Source of the DNA: Macrostomum lignano
Lineage: Eukaryota
Length of the DNA stretch: 64,000 bases
Direction of reading: 5' to 3'
NCBI GenBank assembly: GCA_002269645.1
Contig: NIVC01002849.1
Location: 71,635 to 135,634, forward strand
The notes under the pieces were generated by a model. That model worked only from the letters and a program-made list of their open reading frames with translations. It did no database searches and was not told the origin of the DNA. Each line of letters opens with the position of its first letter. The first letter of the stretch is position 1. The position numbers were made by a program, and so were the translations under genes. Positions 16,211-28,612 of the stretch are shown piece after piece.

Positions 16211-18300
16211 GGTACCTTCCATTTTGGCAACAAGTCAATTTGGCAATGACCATTTTGGCAACAAATATAATAGAAAAATTACAAGTATCTATGGTACAGT
16301 GAACTAAACTCCAGCTGACTACCTCCCAGTTTTAGAATTGAATGCCTAAGTTTTAAACTTGCCTTACTATATTATCTGATTGATACTTTCACTGTCCCTC
16401 TATTTACATCATGTACATCATGTTCTGCCCAAGTGACCATCAGTTCACCTACCCATCTCTCTCGTCTAAATCCAATCTGATTGGTATAGTATGAGCATAT
16501 GTAGCAGAGTGGAATAATGGCAAAAATACAAGTGCATGCTACCATTGTGCTACAATTCAAAGCAAGCCTTGCAGCATACATAGTCGGTTACTTATTGCAC
16601 ATTGGAGATCACAAGAACATGAAGCACATTGTAGCTTGCAAAATGGGGAAAGAATAGGGAGAAAGAGGTGCTACAAAAGCAATCAGTGAGACCCGCATAG
16701 TACAACCACGTGGAGCAGCACAGACCAGCCAAGTGGCAAAGACTGCAGCAGGCTGTTGCAGCGTGAGCCAAACAGCAGCTTTTCATGTCGGCACCACAAA
16801 TTGCACGCAAAGAGATACTAGCTGTTTTTGACACCTTTTGGCATGGACCATAGATTCCCAATCCATGACTATTAGCCCATACTGCAAATTGCAATCGTGC
16901 GGCTGACAGACTGGAAAATTCTGCCCCAATCCATTTCAACTTGCCTGCATCATTCTTTCCTATCAACTTTGTTGTTTATGATATCAGAAAGCCTGGTTGA
17001 CAGCATCTACTGATGGCGACACCAAGTAATGTTGCATTATATTCAGTGCGCAACACACTAGTACTTGGATGGCATGTTTAATGTTGTACCTGAGCCATTT
17101 CATCAGCTATATTGCATGCATTCATTTGTTACTGGTCCTAAAGGTCACCTGAAGCAGGTACCAATGCTCATGGTCTTGATGTCCAACAGAGGCTACCAGG
17201 ACTACTGCTTGTCTTTTTTGCTGCATATGATGTGCTCCATGACCAGCTGTCTGAATGCACAGCAGGATGGACTTTGAGGCTGCAGTGTGGCAAGCAGTAT
17301 GCACCAAATTTCCAACTGCAATGCGTCGTGGTTGTGCCTTCCACTACACACAGGCAATTTACTGCTGGATCATCACCATTGGACTTTCACAAGCTTACAT
17401 GGATGATGTCAGTGCACAGGTTTTCTGCCGACAGCTCATGGCATTGCCTTTTCTGTCAGGTAACTGAATTGCAAATGCATTTTACACACTCCAAAGCATG
17501 GTCATAGAGGATGAGCTCAACAGGCTCTGCAACTATGTTCAGGGCACATGGATCTGCAACTCTAACTGGCTAGTGCATGAACTCTTAGTCATCCAGTTAT
17601 CAATTAGAACAAACAACAACACTGAGGGATGGCACAATAAGATGCAGCGCTGTGCAATGAAGGCCAACATGCAGTTTTACCAGCTGCTAAATCTGCTGCA
17701 CGAAGAGGCCCTCTTGGTCAAGATTGATGCAGCATTGGTTGGCCAAGGTGCCAACATTTGGGAAACAAGGCCAGCAGTGTGTGCGAGGCAGGAGGCCTTC
17801 TTCTGCTATGGGCGGAGTATGAAGCCAGCACCAGAACTCTAGAGGCATTGCTGCTTGCATGCAATGGCATGAATGCCCCCATGGAAGAGTAAACATCATA
17901 CACAAATTATCCTCTACAAGAATTTTTCTTGCTGTTTCTTAAGAATATTAATTTCTTATTGTAATTCATTTATTTTACCATACTTTTGGTGTCCAAGGAT
18001 TCATCAGTGTCTAGGTTTTATATTGTCAACACATTGATTAAGTTTTACAATAACAATTGTTTAAAAGTTTTAACAAAGCTTGTAAAGTTTAATGTAAAGT
18101 TTTATACTATAATTCATTTTAACAACATTTAAACAGATTGTAAATTTCAGTAAGTTCTGAAATTTTTTGTTGCTATGAGATAAGAATACATTCAAAATCC
18201 TATTTAAGAATTGTTGCTGAAATGGTTGTCACCAAATTGACCTATTGCCGAAATAAATAGGTGTCGCCGAAATGGTTTGTCGCCAAAATATACTGGATTC
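16211..18300 (+). mobile_element. Degenerate Mutator-like (MULE) DNA transposon
   Basis: Frameshifted transposase motifs DGMFNVVPEPFHQLY, DFEAAVWQA...FP...GCAFHYTQA, LMALPFL and IRTNNNTEGWHNK (17065-17842). Subterminal inverted repeats (ATTTTGGCAAC..GTCAATTTGG vs CCAAATTGAC..GTCGCCAAAAT). Flanking GTGTAAAT (16203) / GTGTAAAC (18301) as a TSD. Confidence 0.88.
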
Positions 18301-20103
18301 GTGTAAACCACCTATGTTTTATAAATAAAGAGATAAAATATATACATTTGTCATTGTCGCTTACAAAGTGGTAGCCTACTTATTCTAGTATTTTTAATTA
18401 AGTAGCTAAAAAATTAAGCCTAATTAATCATCTATTAAAACCAAAAAAATTAATAAACTAATATAGGCTATATAATTATGAATAAATCAAATGCTAAAGC
18501 CTGAGCTGCCTGAGTCTACAAAAATATAAATCAGTAGGCCTTAAGCTAGCCTATAAAATTCCTTTACAGAAAGTTGTTATGTTAAAAGGAATTTGAATAT
18601 CCTTAAGTTTGAACTGGTGTAAATGATTCTTCTTTGGTTTATAATTATTCTTCTTTCTGGACTACATTCTTCTTAATTAGTTCTATAGACCTAGGCTGTA
18701 GGCTTAGTGGCTAGCCCATAATACTCTTTTTACTAAGGCTTATCAACAATAATACCATGAGTTAAAAATTGCAAAAAGTTGACGCAAAGGTGTTATCGCA
18801 TGCAGAAAAAATTAACTATATAAAAAGTTGGAAACGAATCTCCAAATTAAGAAGGGTTCAGATTTTACTTTGGTTCTAAAGTAAACTCCTGTTATCGGCA
18901 CGGCATCACGTCTAATTATTTTTACATTTTCCGAGAATCTTGCGTCCATATTAATTTTTTAAAGTTTTTCAGACAAAGGAATAACACATCTTATGCATTA
19001 CCAAAAATTTTTCTGCCTTATAAACTGTTTACTTCTGCATAAATTCAGTATTTTATAGCTTTAAAAAATTTTTAGCTTTTCATATTAGTAAACAAAGATA
19101 ACATTTCAGATTTTGTGCAGAAAGGCACTAATTTAACGTTTCTTTTCTTCCCGTTTTATTTGTAGTATATTGCCTCGTTGTATTTGACTGATTGGCTTAA
19201 AAAGATTATTTACATCTAAACTTTCTCTACATAAATCAGCTTCTGACACTTAAAGGAATAACGTTTTTAATGTGGTGTATTCGATTTTTCGAAAAAAGCT
19301 AGCTTTTGTTGTAAAAACCGTTAAAAACAAACAAAACATGTTGGCCATAGTATATTTACTGGGCTTTATTGAAAATGAATTGCCATTGCTCTATAAGTAG
19401 TATTAGGAGCTAAAAGATAATTAGAATTGCTTAGTGTTGCTAATATTATAGTAAAAGATTAAGCAATCAGTAATTTAATGTTGAGTGAAATATGAAATTA
19501 AAAATAAGATAATGGAAAAAATATAGAAAATTACCATTAACAAACAGAATTTTAAGAACATTGATCAAAATATTATAATTAAATTTCTTTGTTATATAAT
19601 TTTTATCTTTATTACAGCATAATGTATTCATATTTATATTTATTTATACCTCATTAAAACCCTAGTATGTTATAAACAGCAACATTTATATACTATGTCA
19701 AACTGTTAAAATGTTTATTTATCAATTTTGACTACTATTTAAGAAATAGTTCAATCCTAAACTTCATAGCATTAATTTTAGTAGCATTTTTTAAAACTAT
19801 AGTCTTTAAAAAAATTGAAATAAAATTTAATATAGGATTTTATTTTTTTAATAATAATATAGCATATTTTTATCAGTTATATTTTTAAATATTTTTGTAC
19901 TATTATCAAAAATATACTCTCTTGACTATTGTATTTGTTAATCAATGTTAATACAAAATGGTTGAAAAATTTAGAATATATACACAATAGATATTTATAG
20001 CATTTTCTAATATAATATTGTTATTAACTTTTTATATTTCTATTTCAGCTTTAAAACTCTTATACTAGTTTTAAAAAACCTTTTTATGCATGAGATTCTA
20101 AAA

Positions 20104-20901
20104 ATGAGTCCATTACTGCAGGCTGCTATCACATGCTTCATATTGTCCTCAGTCCTAAGCCCATGCTTAGCCATCAAGTGCTACCTATGCAACTCCACAA
20201 TCCAGTCTGACTGTCTAGAAGAGTTCAACTACAACAGCAGATCAATTGTACCCATGGATTGTGATGTTGCAGATGGCAAGTTCTGCATAAAGACAACAGG
20301 AGTTTGGGGTGGTAAGTGTTTCACTACAGTTGAACTTTGATTGTTTGCGCTACTGTTAGTAGGTAGTGTGATGCCTACTATTAGTAGCTAGTGTGGTGTG
20401 GTGACTACTGTTAGTAGCTAGTGTGGTGGCTACTGTTAGTAGCTAGTGTGGTGGCTACTGTTGGTAGCTAATGTGGTGTGGTGGCTACTGATAGTAGCTA
20501 GTGTGGTGGCTACTGTTAGTAGCTAGTGTGGTGGCTACTGTTAGTAGCTAGTGTGGTGGCTACTGTTAGTAGCTAGTGTGGTGGCTACTGTTAGTAGCTA
20601 GTGTGGTGGCTACTGTAAGTAGCTAGTGTGGATCGAGAAGAATAGCATGGATATTTTGGGTCTCATTCCAGCCGTGGTGGGGACCACCAGATTCTGCTCC
20701 AGCATGGACATGGGCAACCAATGCCAGTACCTGCCGTTCCCCGACCACGACCGCATCTACCGGGCCTGCGTGTACACCTGCAGCTCCGACGCCTGCAATG
20801 CCGGGTCTCCGTCTGGTGGCGGCGGTGGCTTCACGACGCTGCAGCTGCTGACGTCCTTGACGCTGTGGCTGCTCGCTGGCAGCCGCCTGCGACTTCTCTG
20901 A
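20104..20901 (+). CDS. Ly6/uPAR three-finger GPI-anchored protein, boudin-like, copy A (145 aa)
   Basis: Exons 20104-20311 and 20672-20901 (phase-1 GT-AG intron). Signal peptide, then IKCYLC..C..C..FC..RFCSSMDMGNQCQY..YRACVYTCSSDACN and a hydrophobic C-terminus. Resembles the Drosophila Boudin pattern (RFCSSKDMGNYC...SCIYTCSTDGCN) recalled from memory. Confidence 0.9.
20350..20628. repeat. 25-bp intronic minisatellite (CTACTGTTAGTAGCTAGTGTGGTGG)n in Ly6 copy A
   Basis: About 10 tandem units. Confidence 0.93.
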
Positions 20902-21599
20902 GTGATTTTTGATACTTGCGCTTATGATTTATTGCTGCTATCAGTGAATCATGGAGTTTTATGTCAGACTGTAAATCTCCCGTCGTGATCTGTGCGAACA
21001 GGTTTATGCTTTAAGAATAGGCCGTTAAGTCTGCAACTTCGGGATGTTCCGCACGTTTTTCCTAAATCCTAAATACTTTAACAAAGTGGCACATTCCATT
21101 TAGCATCCGCCATGTTCGCGGGTTCTACAATTAGGGAGCTGTGATGATTCAATGCTTAGCTTTTGCATACCCCTGTCTGTGTACATATTGATAGGCTGTG
21201 TGTATTAAACTTTAATATTGGATGTAATAAGGTTAAATTGCATTGTGCTTTACAATATTATTTGTACGGCTATTCCGGGCTTTAAAATTCAAGTTTTTTG
21301 TATCTTCAAAAGGTTTAAAATTTTGCCTATTGTGCTAATGTTAAACTAATACATTTATTCATTTCTACGTCCTATACATTATAATATACTTTACTGACAG
21401 CCTCAGATACCAATAAAACTAGTGTTGCATGGCACCAAAGCTGAGACATTTTGCTTCATTGTTTGTTTACTCAGAATTAGCATACTACATTTATCTGGGA
21501 TCTTCTCGTGTCTCATTTGTTGTTTCGAAACTATTCGTGACAATTTTTTCTTAATCATCACGGAATATTAATGCTGTATGGTCTAGCTTTACTGCTTCC

Positions 21600-22200
21600 C
21601 CCGATACTTCACCGTCTCACCTGACACTTCATTGCCTTTTCTGACACTTCACTGCCTTCCTTGACACTTCACCGTCTCTCCTGACACTTCACCGCCTCTC
21701 CTGACATAACCGTCTCTTCTGACACTTCACCGTCTCTCCTGACACTTCACCGCCTCTCATGATGCTTCACTGCCTCCCCTGATAATTCACTATCTCTTCT
21801 GACACTTCACCGCCTCTCCTGACACTTCACCGTCTCTCCTGACACTTCACCGTCTCTCCTGACACTTCACCGCCTCTCATGATACTTCACTGCCTCCCCT
21901 GATACTTCACTGTCTCTCCTGACACTTCACTGCCTCTCCTGACACTTCACCGTCTCTCCTGACACTTCACCGCCTCTCCTGACACTTCACCGCCTCTCCT
22001 GACACTTCACCGCCTCTCCTGACACTTAACCGTCTCTTCTGACACTTCACCGTCTCTCCTGACACTTCACTCTCTCCTGACACTTCACTGCCTCCCCTGA
22101 TACTTCACTGTCTCTTCTGACAATTCTTCGCCTCTCCTGACACTTCACCGTCTCTTCTGACACTTCATTGCCTCTTCTGACATTTCACCTCCTCTCCTAA
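21600..22200. repeat. 20-bp minisatellite (GACACTTCACCGTCTCTCCT)n, ~30 copies
   Basis: Tandem units (21663, 21683, ...). Confidence 0.95.
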
Positions 22201-22678
22201 CACTTTGCTGCTACTCTTGAGACAGGCATTCCAGTACTGAAATCAAATTGAATAAAATTATTGTTTAATAATTTAATCGCAAATCAGGCTAGTGCGATAT
22301 AAAACTACATGTTAGCAAGAATCCACAAGGTGAAAATCTATTCTTCAATCCTGCTATCGAAGTACATCTATTAAATAACGGAGATACATAGTTTTTTAGA
22401 TTATAATTTTTAGAGTATATGGATTTCTATCATCAAAGATTTTACACAGTAAATCTTAACATATTTTGTGCATCTCGCACAAGCAAATTTATGTTGTTAA
22501 GCTTTTTAGTCTTTGGCAAAAGTAAGCCTGACAGCGCGAGGCCCGGACTTCAATCAATATAATACGAGCCCAACTTGAAGCAAGACGCGAACAGTTTCTG
22601 TTTGCAGTTTTCACTTCCCGTGCATTAGAACTATCGATATCGGCTACAATTTTTTATTAGATAAAGGCAGCTAAAACA

Positions 22679-24953
22679 ATGGCCGGAGATCCAAATTCCA
22701 TCGCGCAGCGGCTGATGAAGCTGGAGCTGCAGCAGCCGCAGGCTGTCATCAAGCAGGAAATAACAGCGGAGGACGTCACTGCGCAGGCGGCGCTCCCTGC
22801 GGGAGAAGGCGTCGGCAGTGAGAAAGAGATCAAAGACACAACAGGTGACGCTGAAGCTGGCAACGAGGATGAAGACGCGGCAGCGGGCGGCAGCAGCGAC
22901 TTGGACGAGGACAGCGACGACGTAGAAGAAGGCGCCGAACAGGGCGAACCGGACGATCTGGACGAGCTGGCTGGCCTGCTGACCAGCGAGAGTCGCCGGG
23001 ACCGCCTCCTGGGCGCGCGGAGTCTCCGCAGCCGCATCTCCGACAGGCACGAGGCGCCAGGCTACTCGCGACTGCTGACGTCGCCGGCTCTGGCCGCTCT
23101 GGTGGCGAACCTGGGTACCAGCGCCGACCAGGAGTTGCAGTTCGAGTCCGCTTGGGCGCTCACCAACCTGCTGGCTGGCAGCGGAGCGAGGCCCGCCGAC
23201 CTGGTGACGAGCAGCGGCTTGGGTAGCCGGCTGATTCGGATGCTCCAGTGTGCACCCACTGAGAGACTTCGCGAGCAGGTGAATATCAGAATATCAGAAT
23301 CTATTTGAACCTAGATGTAGACCTCGATATTATATACCGTTCTGGACAAAACTGCAATGCATTTCATTAAATAACACATAATCATGTAAGTCAAGAAAAA
23401 ACCAGTTCAATAAAGCTGAAGTTTCTGACTACAAATCAATTAGATCCCGAATGAAATGACCAAAACTTAAAGACTAAACGTCTTACTTGTTTCTACGAGC
23501 AATATGTAAAATTTGAGTCAATATTCAGACGGGTATGCAGATCTGCATGATTTAAAAATGCACCGCACCCTATTCAACCATGCACCAGGCCTGCTGGGCC
23601 CTTGCCAACGTGGCCGGCGAGTCCCCAGCCTGGCGCGATCAGCTGATCCTTGCCGACGATGGCAGCGGCAGCGGCGGTGGCCTCCTGCCAGCCCTCATTA
23701 GTCTGTGGGAATCCGACCCCGGCAATGGGCTGCTGGACGCCTCATCGTTGCTGTTGGTGAATCTATTTCGCGACCGGCGACCTCGACTTAAGTTTGAGTA
23801 CGCCCAGCTGCTGATGCCGCATGTCACGCGCCTACTGAGCCATCCGTACGATTCTGTGGTGCCCAACCTGCTGTGGGCGCTGTCCTACGCCGTGGAGGGC
23901 AGCGAGCCTCGAGCCCGCCTTCTGCTGCGCGAGACCGACGCCGTCGATTGCGTACTCGGCTTTCTGGAAAGCAGCGACGACTCTCTTCTTATGCCGACGC
24001 TGCGGCTTCTGTGTTGCGCAGCCGCCTGCTTGCAGGTTCTGCCCGCCAAGCTGCTGACCGTGTTCCCGGCTGTCCGACGCCTGCTCGGCCACCGGGACGC
24101 CAAGCTGCGTCGCCAGGCTCTGCTGCTGCTTGGCTGCACTGCCTGCGGGCCGGACGCGCAGCTGGAGGCCGCTGCCCAGGCCGGCTGCTTGACTGCTTTA
24201 AACGAAATCCTGGCTGGCCGGAGACCGCAGACCGATGACCCTGAAGATGCTGCCGAGGCTTCCGGCGGCGGCGGCAGCGGAGCTGGCATCAGTGACCTAG
24301 AGAGACGAGAAGCCTTCTGGATCATTCCGGACTTCATGCTGTCCAGAGCGCACAAGTTTGTAAGTTGATATTGATAATATTCAGTTGTGATAGTGCCTTT
24401 GTATCTTTGTATTTTTATCGGCTGTTGATCTGTCGCTTCTGAAAAAGGTGCCGTACGAACGCCGATCTTTTCAATCCCATATAAAAATTCTCCTCAGAGC
24501 AAGCGGATCACGGAAGAATGTTTGGAGGGACTTCTGGCCTCTCTAAGCTTGCCTGAATTGGAAGCGACACGTTGTGCTCTTCTCTGCCTGCGCCATCTAT
24601 TGTTCGCAGCAAAATATAAGAACCGGCCGGATCTTAACTTTGAACTTTTGAAAACTAGCATCGAAAAGTTGGATGGCCTAAAAAAGATTGAGGCAATGCA
24701 GAAGATTGAAGATAAAGAAGTGATAAAGCTAAGCGATCAAATCCTTAATCAGTACTTTTGGGGCAACGAGAAAAAGTACCTAGAAGAGAGCAGCCAATCA
24801 CAAGAAACGAGTCCTTCTCCTGTTGCGGCTGCGGACATTGAAGTTGGCGATGACCTACTTGACGACGGAGACGACGGAGAAGTTGTTTGCGGTCCAGACA
24901 AGGATGGAGCTCTAAGCTCCCTTATTGGTGGACTACAGGCCAACAGGGACTAA
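22679..24953 (+). CDS. Divergent importin-alpha-like armadillo-repeat protein (~608 aa)
   Basis: Exons 22679-23278, 23589-24359 and 24498-24953, all phase 0 GT-AG. Motifs LQFESAWALTNL, LREQACWALANVAGESPAWRD, LLWALSY and RREAFW correspond to importin-alpha ARM helix-3 W/N motifs. Confidence 0.82.
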
Positions 24954-26436
24954 TTAAGTGCCGCGTCTGAAGGTAGCATTAAAACTGGTAAAGCTGGCAA
25001 AGTTTAAATAAGGTCTATAAAACGGATGTAGTGCTCTAAAGCGTAACTTTCGTGTCTCATTAGTTTTTCAGTACACTACTCGTTTGAATACTTCGAGCCT
25101 CAGGAATGGGCCCAGATGCATGCATGTGCCTGTACATGTGCATGTATGCATGGTTGAATTGTCAGGTGTTTAAAAACACAGTGAAAGTATTTTACAAAGT
25201 GTGATTATTACTTTCATTTTGCAGCGTACCAGTAAACCGGTCAATAAATTCATGATCCATCACCTAGACTGACGAAATATCTCTCCATAAAACTGTATCA
25301 ACGTACGCAAGAAACGTTAATGAATATACTAAACCACATCGTGTACCATTTCACGACGATGCTAATATATTGTTACTTGCTGAATCACATTAGCAAGCAT
25401 ATCCTTGCTAATAAATTTTTATTTTCGATTTTTGCCAAACCCCAAGCCTTGGCCACGCCTCTCGTCGCCAGTCAAAGTCATCAGTAAAAATGGTAAAGTA
25501 AATAAAATTATTTTCCGGTGTCAACGATATCTACGGACTCTGCTTTCCATGGCGCCAATTTAGTTTTTTACGCATGAAAAATTTGTAACGATCATAGGTA
25601 AATGCTTCCTTCCTGCTTGCTCAATAGAACTGAATAAAAATAAAATACAGGCTTTTATTGTTTGTTTCGCTTGAATTCCATACCTAGTCAACAATATTTA
25701 TGCTATGATAGATAGATATAGTCCAAAACGGCAAAAGCTTCAATTGTGTACAAATTTACATTCACTCAGTGTTCTTTTCACAACCCAAGAAATGATATAC
25801 TTTCCTTGTAATTAATAACATTATAACTAAAATATAAACCTTCAGGCGATATTTTTTTCAACAATGAAAATGCTGCAGTGCTCTCTGTGATTTATTTAAT
25901 GCTCCTTTAATATTTTGTCACACAGAGTAATATAATAATTAATACTGCAACTCAAGTCAAGTTGACACACATTGCAGAAATTTAACTAACAAAGACAATG
26001 GTTGAAATCTATTACCATTTTTTAGTATGGGTTATTATTTATAAGATTTAAATAATTTCGTGACTTAATTTAAAATCAAATTATGATTTTTATTCTAAGC
26101 TAAGCCTAAGCCTATAGCTTACTATGTAGAAGCATAGAAAATAATTTACTATGAATTAAAAATTAGTATTTATGAATAGGAAGTTTATTTCCATTTCCAA
26201 TATGAATGTATAAATGATCTAATTTCTGATATTTTGTATTGTTGCATGCTTTATAGAGCATGCATATTACATGCATAAGTACTTAACATATTATTGATAA
26301 TATTATAGATAATAATATCAATCAATTTCATTAGTCCTATGTATTCTTTTTTTGTAATAATTGTACCAACTCTATAGATCAATAAGGTGAAATTATATTA
26401 GCTGCTAATCTTTTATATGAGACTATTTGAAGCAAT

Positions 26437-26617
26437 CAGTGGTGCAACCAGGGGGCTCCTTAGGCCACCCTTAGGGAGAGACAGAGACAGAAAAAATAAA
26501 ACGAGGGACCAGGTAATTTTCGCCAAGGTACAGAGCTGCAACCCCTCCACCCCCTCATTGGGTCCTTACCCTCCAGTATCCGCCCTCCCCCTCAACAAAT
26601 TTCTGGTTGCGCTACTG
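26437..26617. mobile_element. 181-bp hAT-type MITE
   Basis: TIRs CAGTGGTGCAACCAG / CTGGTTGCGCTACTG. 8-bp TSD GAAGCAAT / GAAGCAAG. Confidence 0.85.
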
Positions 26618-26721
26618 GAAGCAAGCAATGTTTTCCAAAAATTTTTCTATGCATTTATTCTTTCAAAATCTAGCTAGAGATGAAGTATAAAAATTTCCTG
26701 AACCAATTTCAGAGTGTCAAA

Positions 26722-27436
26722 ATGAGTCCATTACTGCAGGCTGCTATCACATGCTTCATATTGTCCTCAGTCCTAAGCCCATGCTTAGCCATCAAGTGCT
26801 ACCTGTGCAACTCCACAATCCAGTCTGACTGTCTTGAAGAGTTCAACTACAACAGCAGATCAATTGTACCCATGGATTGTGATGTTGCAGATGGCAAGTT
26901 CTGCATAAAGACAACAGGAGTTTGGGGTGGTAAGCGTTTCAGTGCAGTTGAACTTTGATTGTTTGCGCTACTGTTAGTAGCTAGTGTGGTGGCTACTGTT
27001 AGTAGCTAGTGTGGTGGCTACTGTTAGTAGCTAGTGTGGTGGCTACTGTTAGTAGCTAGTGTGGTGGCTACTGTTAGTAGCTAGTGTGTTGTGTCTACTG
27101 TTACTATCTAGTGTGGTGGCTACTGTTAGTAGCTAGTGTGGTGGTTACTGTTAGTAGCTAGTGTGGATCGAGAAGAATAGCATGGATATTTTGGGTCTCA
27201 TTCCAGCCGTGGTGGGGACCACCAGATTCTGCTCCAGCATGGACATGGGCAACCAATGCCAGTACCTGCCGTTCCCCGACCACGACCGCATCTACCGGGC
27301 CTGCGTGTACACCTGCAGCTCCGACGCCTGCAATGCCGGGTCTCCGTCCGGTGGCGGCGGTGGCTTCACGACGCTGCAGCTGCTGACGTCCTTGACGCTG
27401 TGGCTGCTCGCTGGCAGCCGCCTGCGACTTCTCTGA
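26722..27436 (+). CDS. Ly6/uPAR boudin-like protein, copy B (protein identical to copy A)
   Basis: Exons 26722-26929 and 27207-27436. Three synonymous differences from copy A. Confidence 0.9.
26968..27163. repeat. 25-bp intronic minisatellite in Ly6 copy B (fewer copies than in A)
   Basis: Same unit as 20350-20628. The intron is 277 bp versus 360 bp in copy A. Confidence 0.92.
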
Positions 27437-28074
27437 CTGCACCCAGTGTCTTTAATACGAATAATTGTGCTATAGAGTGCGAGATTGTTTTATCGCACAT
27501 TTCTCCCGTACTTTTGTTTTCTTTACGTCCAACATTCCTGTGCCACCGCATATGCAGTAAATTTTGTACATTTCCTAAACTATAATGGCCAATTGCAATC
27601 CTGATAAACTTATTTGTTTTAACTGTGTCAATCACTTTTAATATGACATACCTGTGTTTTGATTTAGTATTGGAATATATTAATGTTATTGTGTCAACTA
27701 ATTCGGCGTCAATAGTGAGTGTTTTTTTATCAGACATTTTTCGCATTCAGTGTGCTTTTATCTATAAAGCTTTATAGTTTGAAGCATGATAGAAGAGTAA
27801 GTGAAACTGGACTCATAGCATAAAATAACGCCAATACTATGAAAATGTCATTAATTTTCAATTATCCTCCCTCAGGATATGAGGAATCGAAGGTAACAAT
27901 AGCGAAGGTCTGGATGTTTTTAAAAAGAAAAACGAATAGCGGGCAGAGCTACTCAGCCGCGGTAGACGTGTCTGTCTGACTCTCGCGCCCTGACCCGCGG
28001 TTGGATTCTGTGCGTCGCAATAATTTTTGCAGGAAAATTGGCCGGAGGTTTGTTGTGCAATTCACGCATATAAG

Positions 28075-28612
28075 GGCCAAACCCCTGAGAGCCAACACTT
28101 CAGGCCAACCTCTGAGGGCCAAACACCTGGGGGCCAACCCCTGAGAGCCAACACTTCAGGCCAACATCTGAGGGCCAAACACCTGAGGGCCAATCCCTGA
28201 GAGCCAACACCTGAGGGCCAACCCCTGAGGGCCAACCCCTGAGGGCCAACCCCTGAGGGCCAACCCCCGAGGGCCAACCCCTGAGGGCCAACCCCTAAAG
28301 GGCCAACCCCTGAGGGCTAACACCTAAGGGCCAACACCTGAAGGCCAAACCCCTGAAGGCCAACACCTGAGGGCCAACCCCTGAGGGCCAATCCCTAAAG
28401 GGCCAACCCCTGAGGGCTAACACCTGAGGGCCAACACCTGAAGGCCAAACCCCTGAGGGCCAACACCTGAGGGCCAACCCCTGAGGGCCAACCCCTAAGG
28501 GCTAACACCTGAGGGCCAACACCTGAAGGCCAAACCCCTGAGGGCCAACACCTGAGGGCCAACCCCTGAGGCCAAACCCCTGAGGGCCAACCCCTGAGGG
28601 CCAACACCTGAG
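28075..28612. repeat. 15-16-bp minisatellite (CCCTGAGGGCCAAC[A/C])n
   Basis: About 35 variable tandem units. Confidence 0.95.

Noticed and set aside
27950-28070. Possible SL RNA/snRNA (Sm-like AATTTTTG at 28022)
   Set aside because: There is no leader/donor arrangement or convincing flanking stem-loops, and the motif is too short to be significant.
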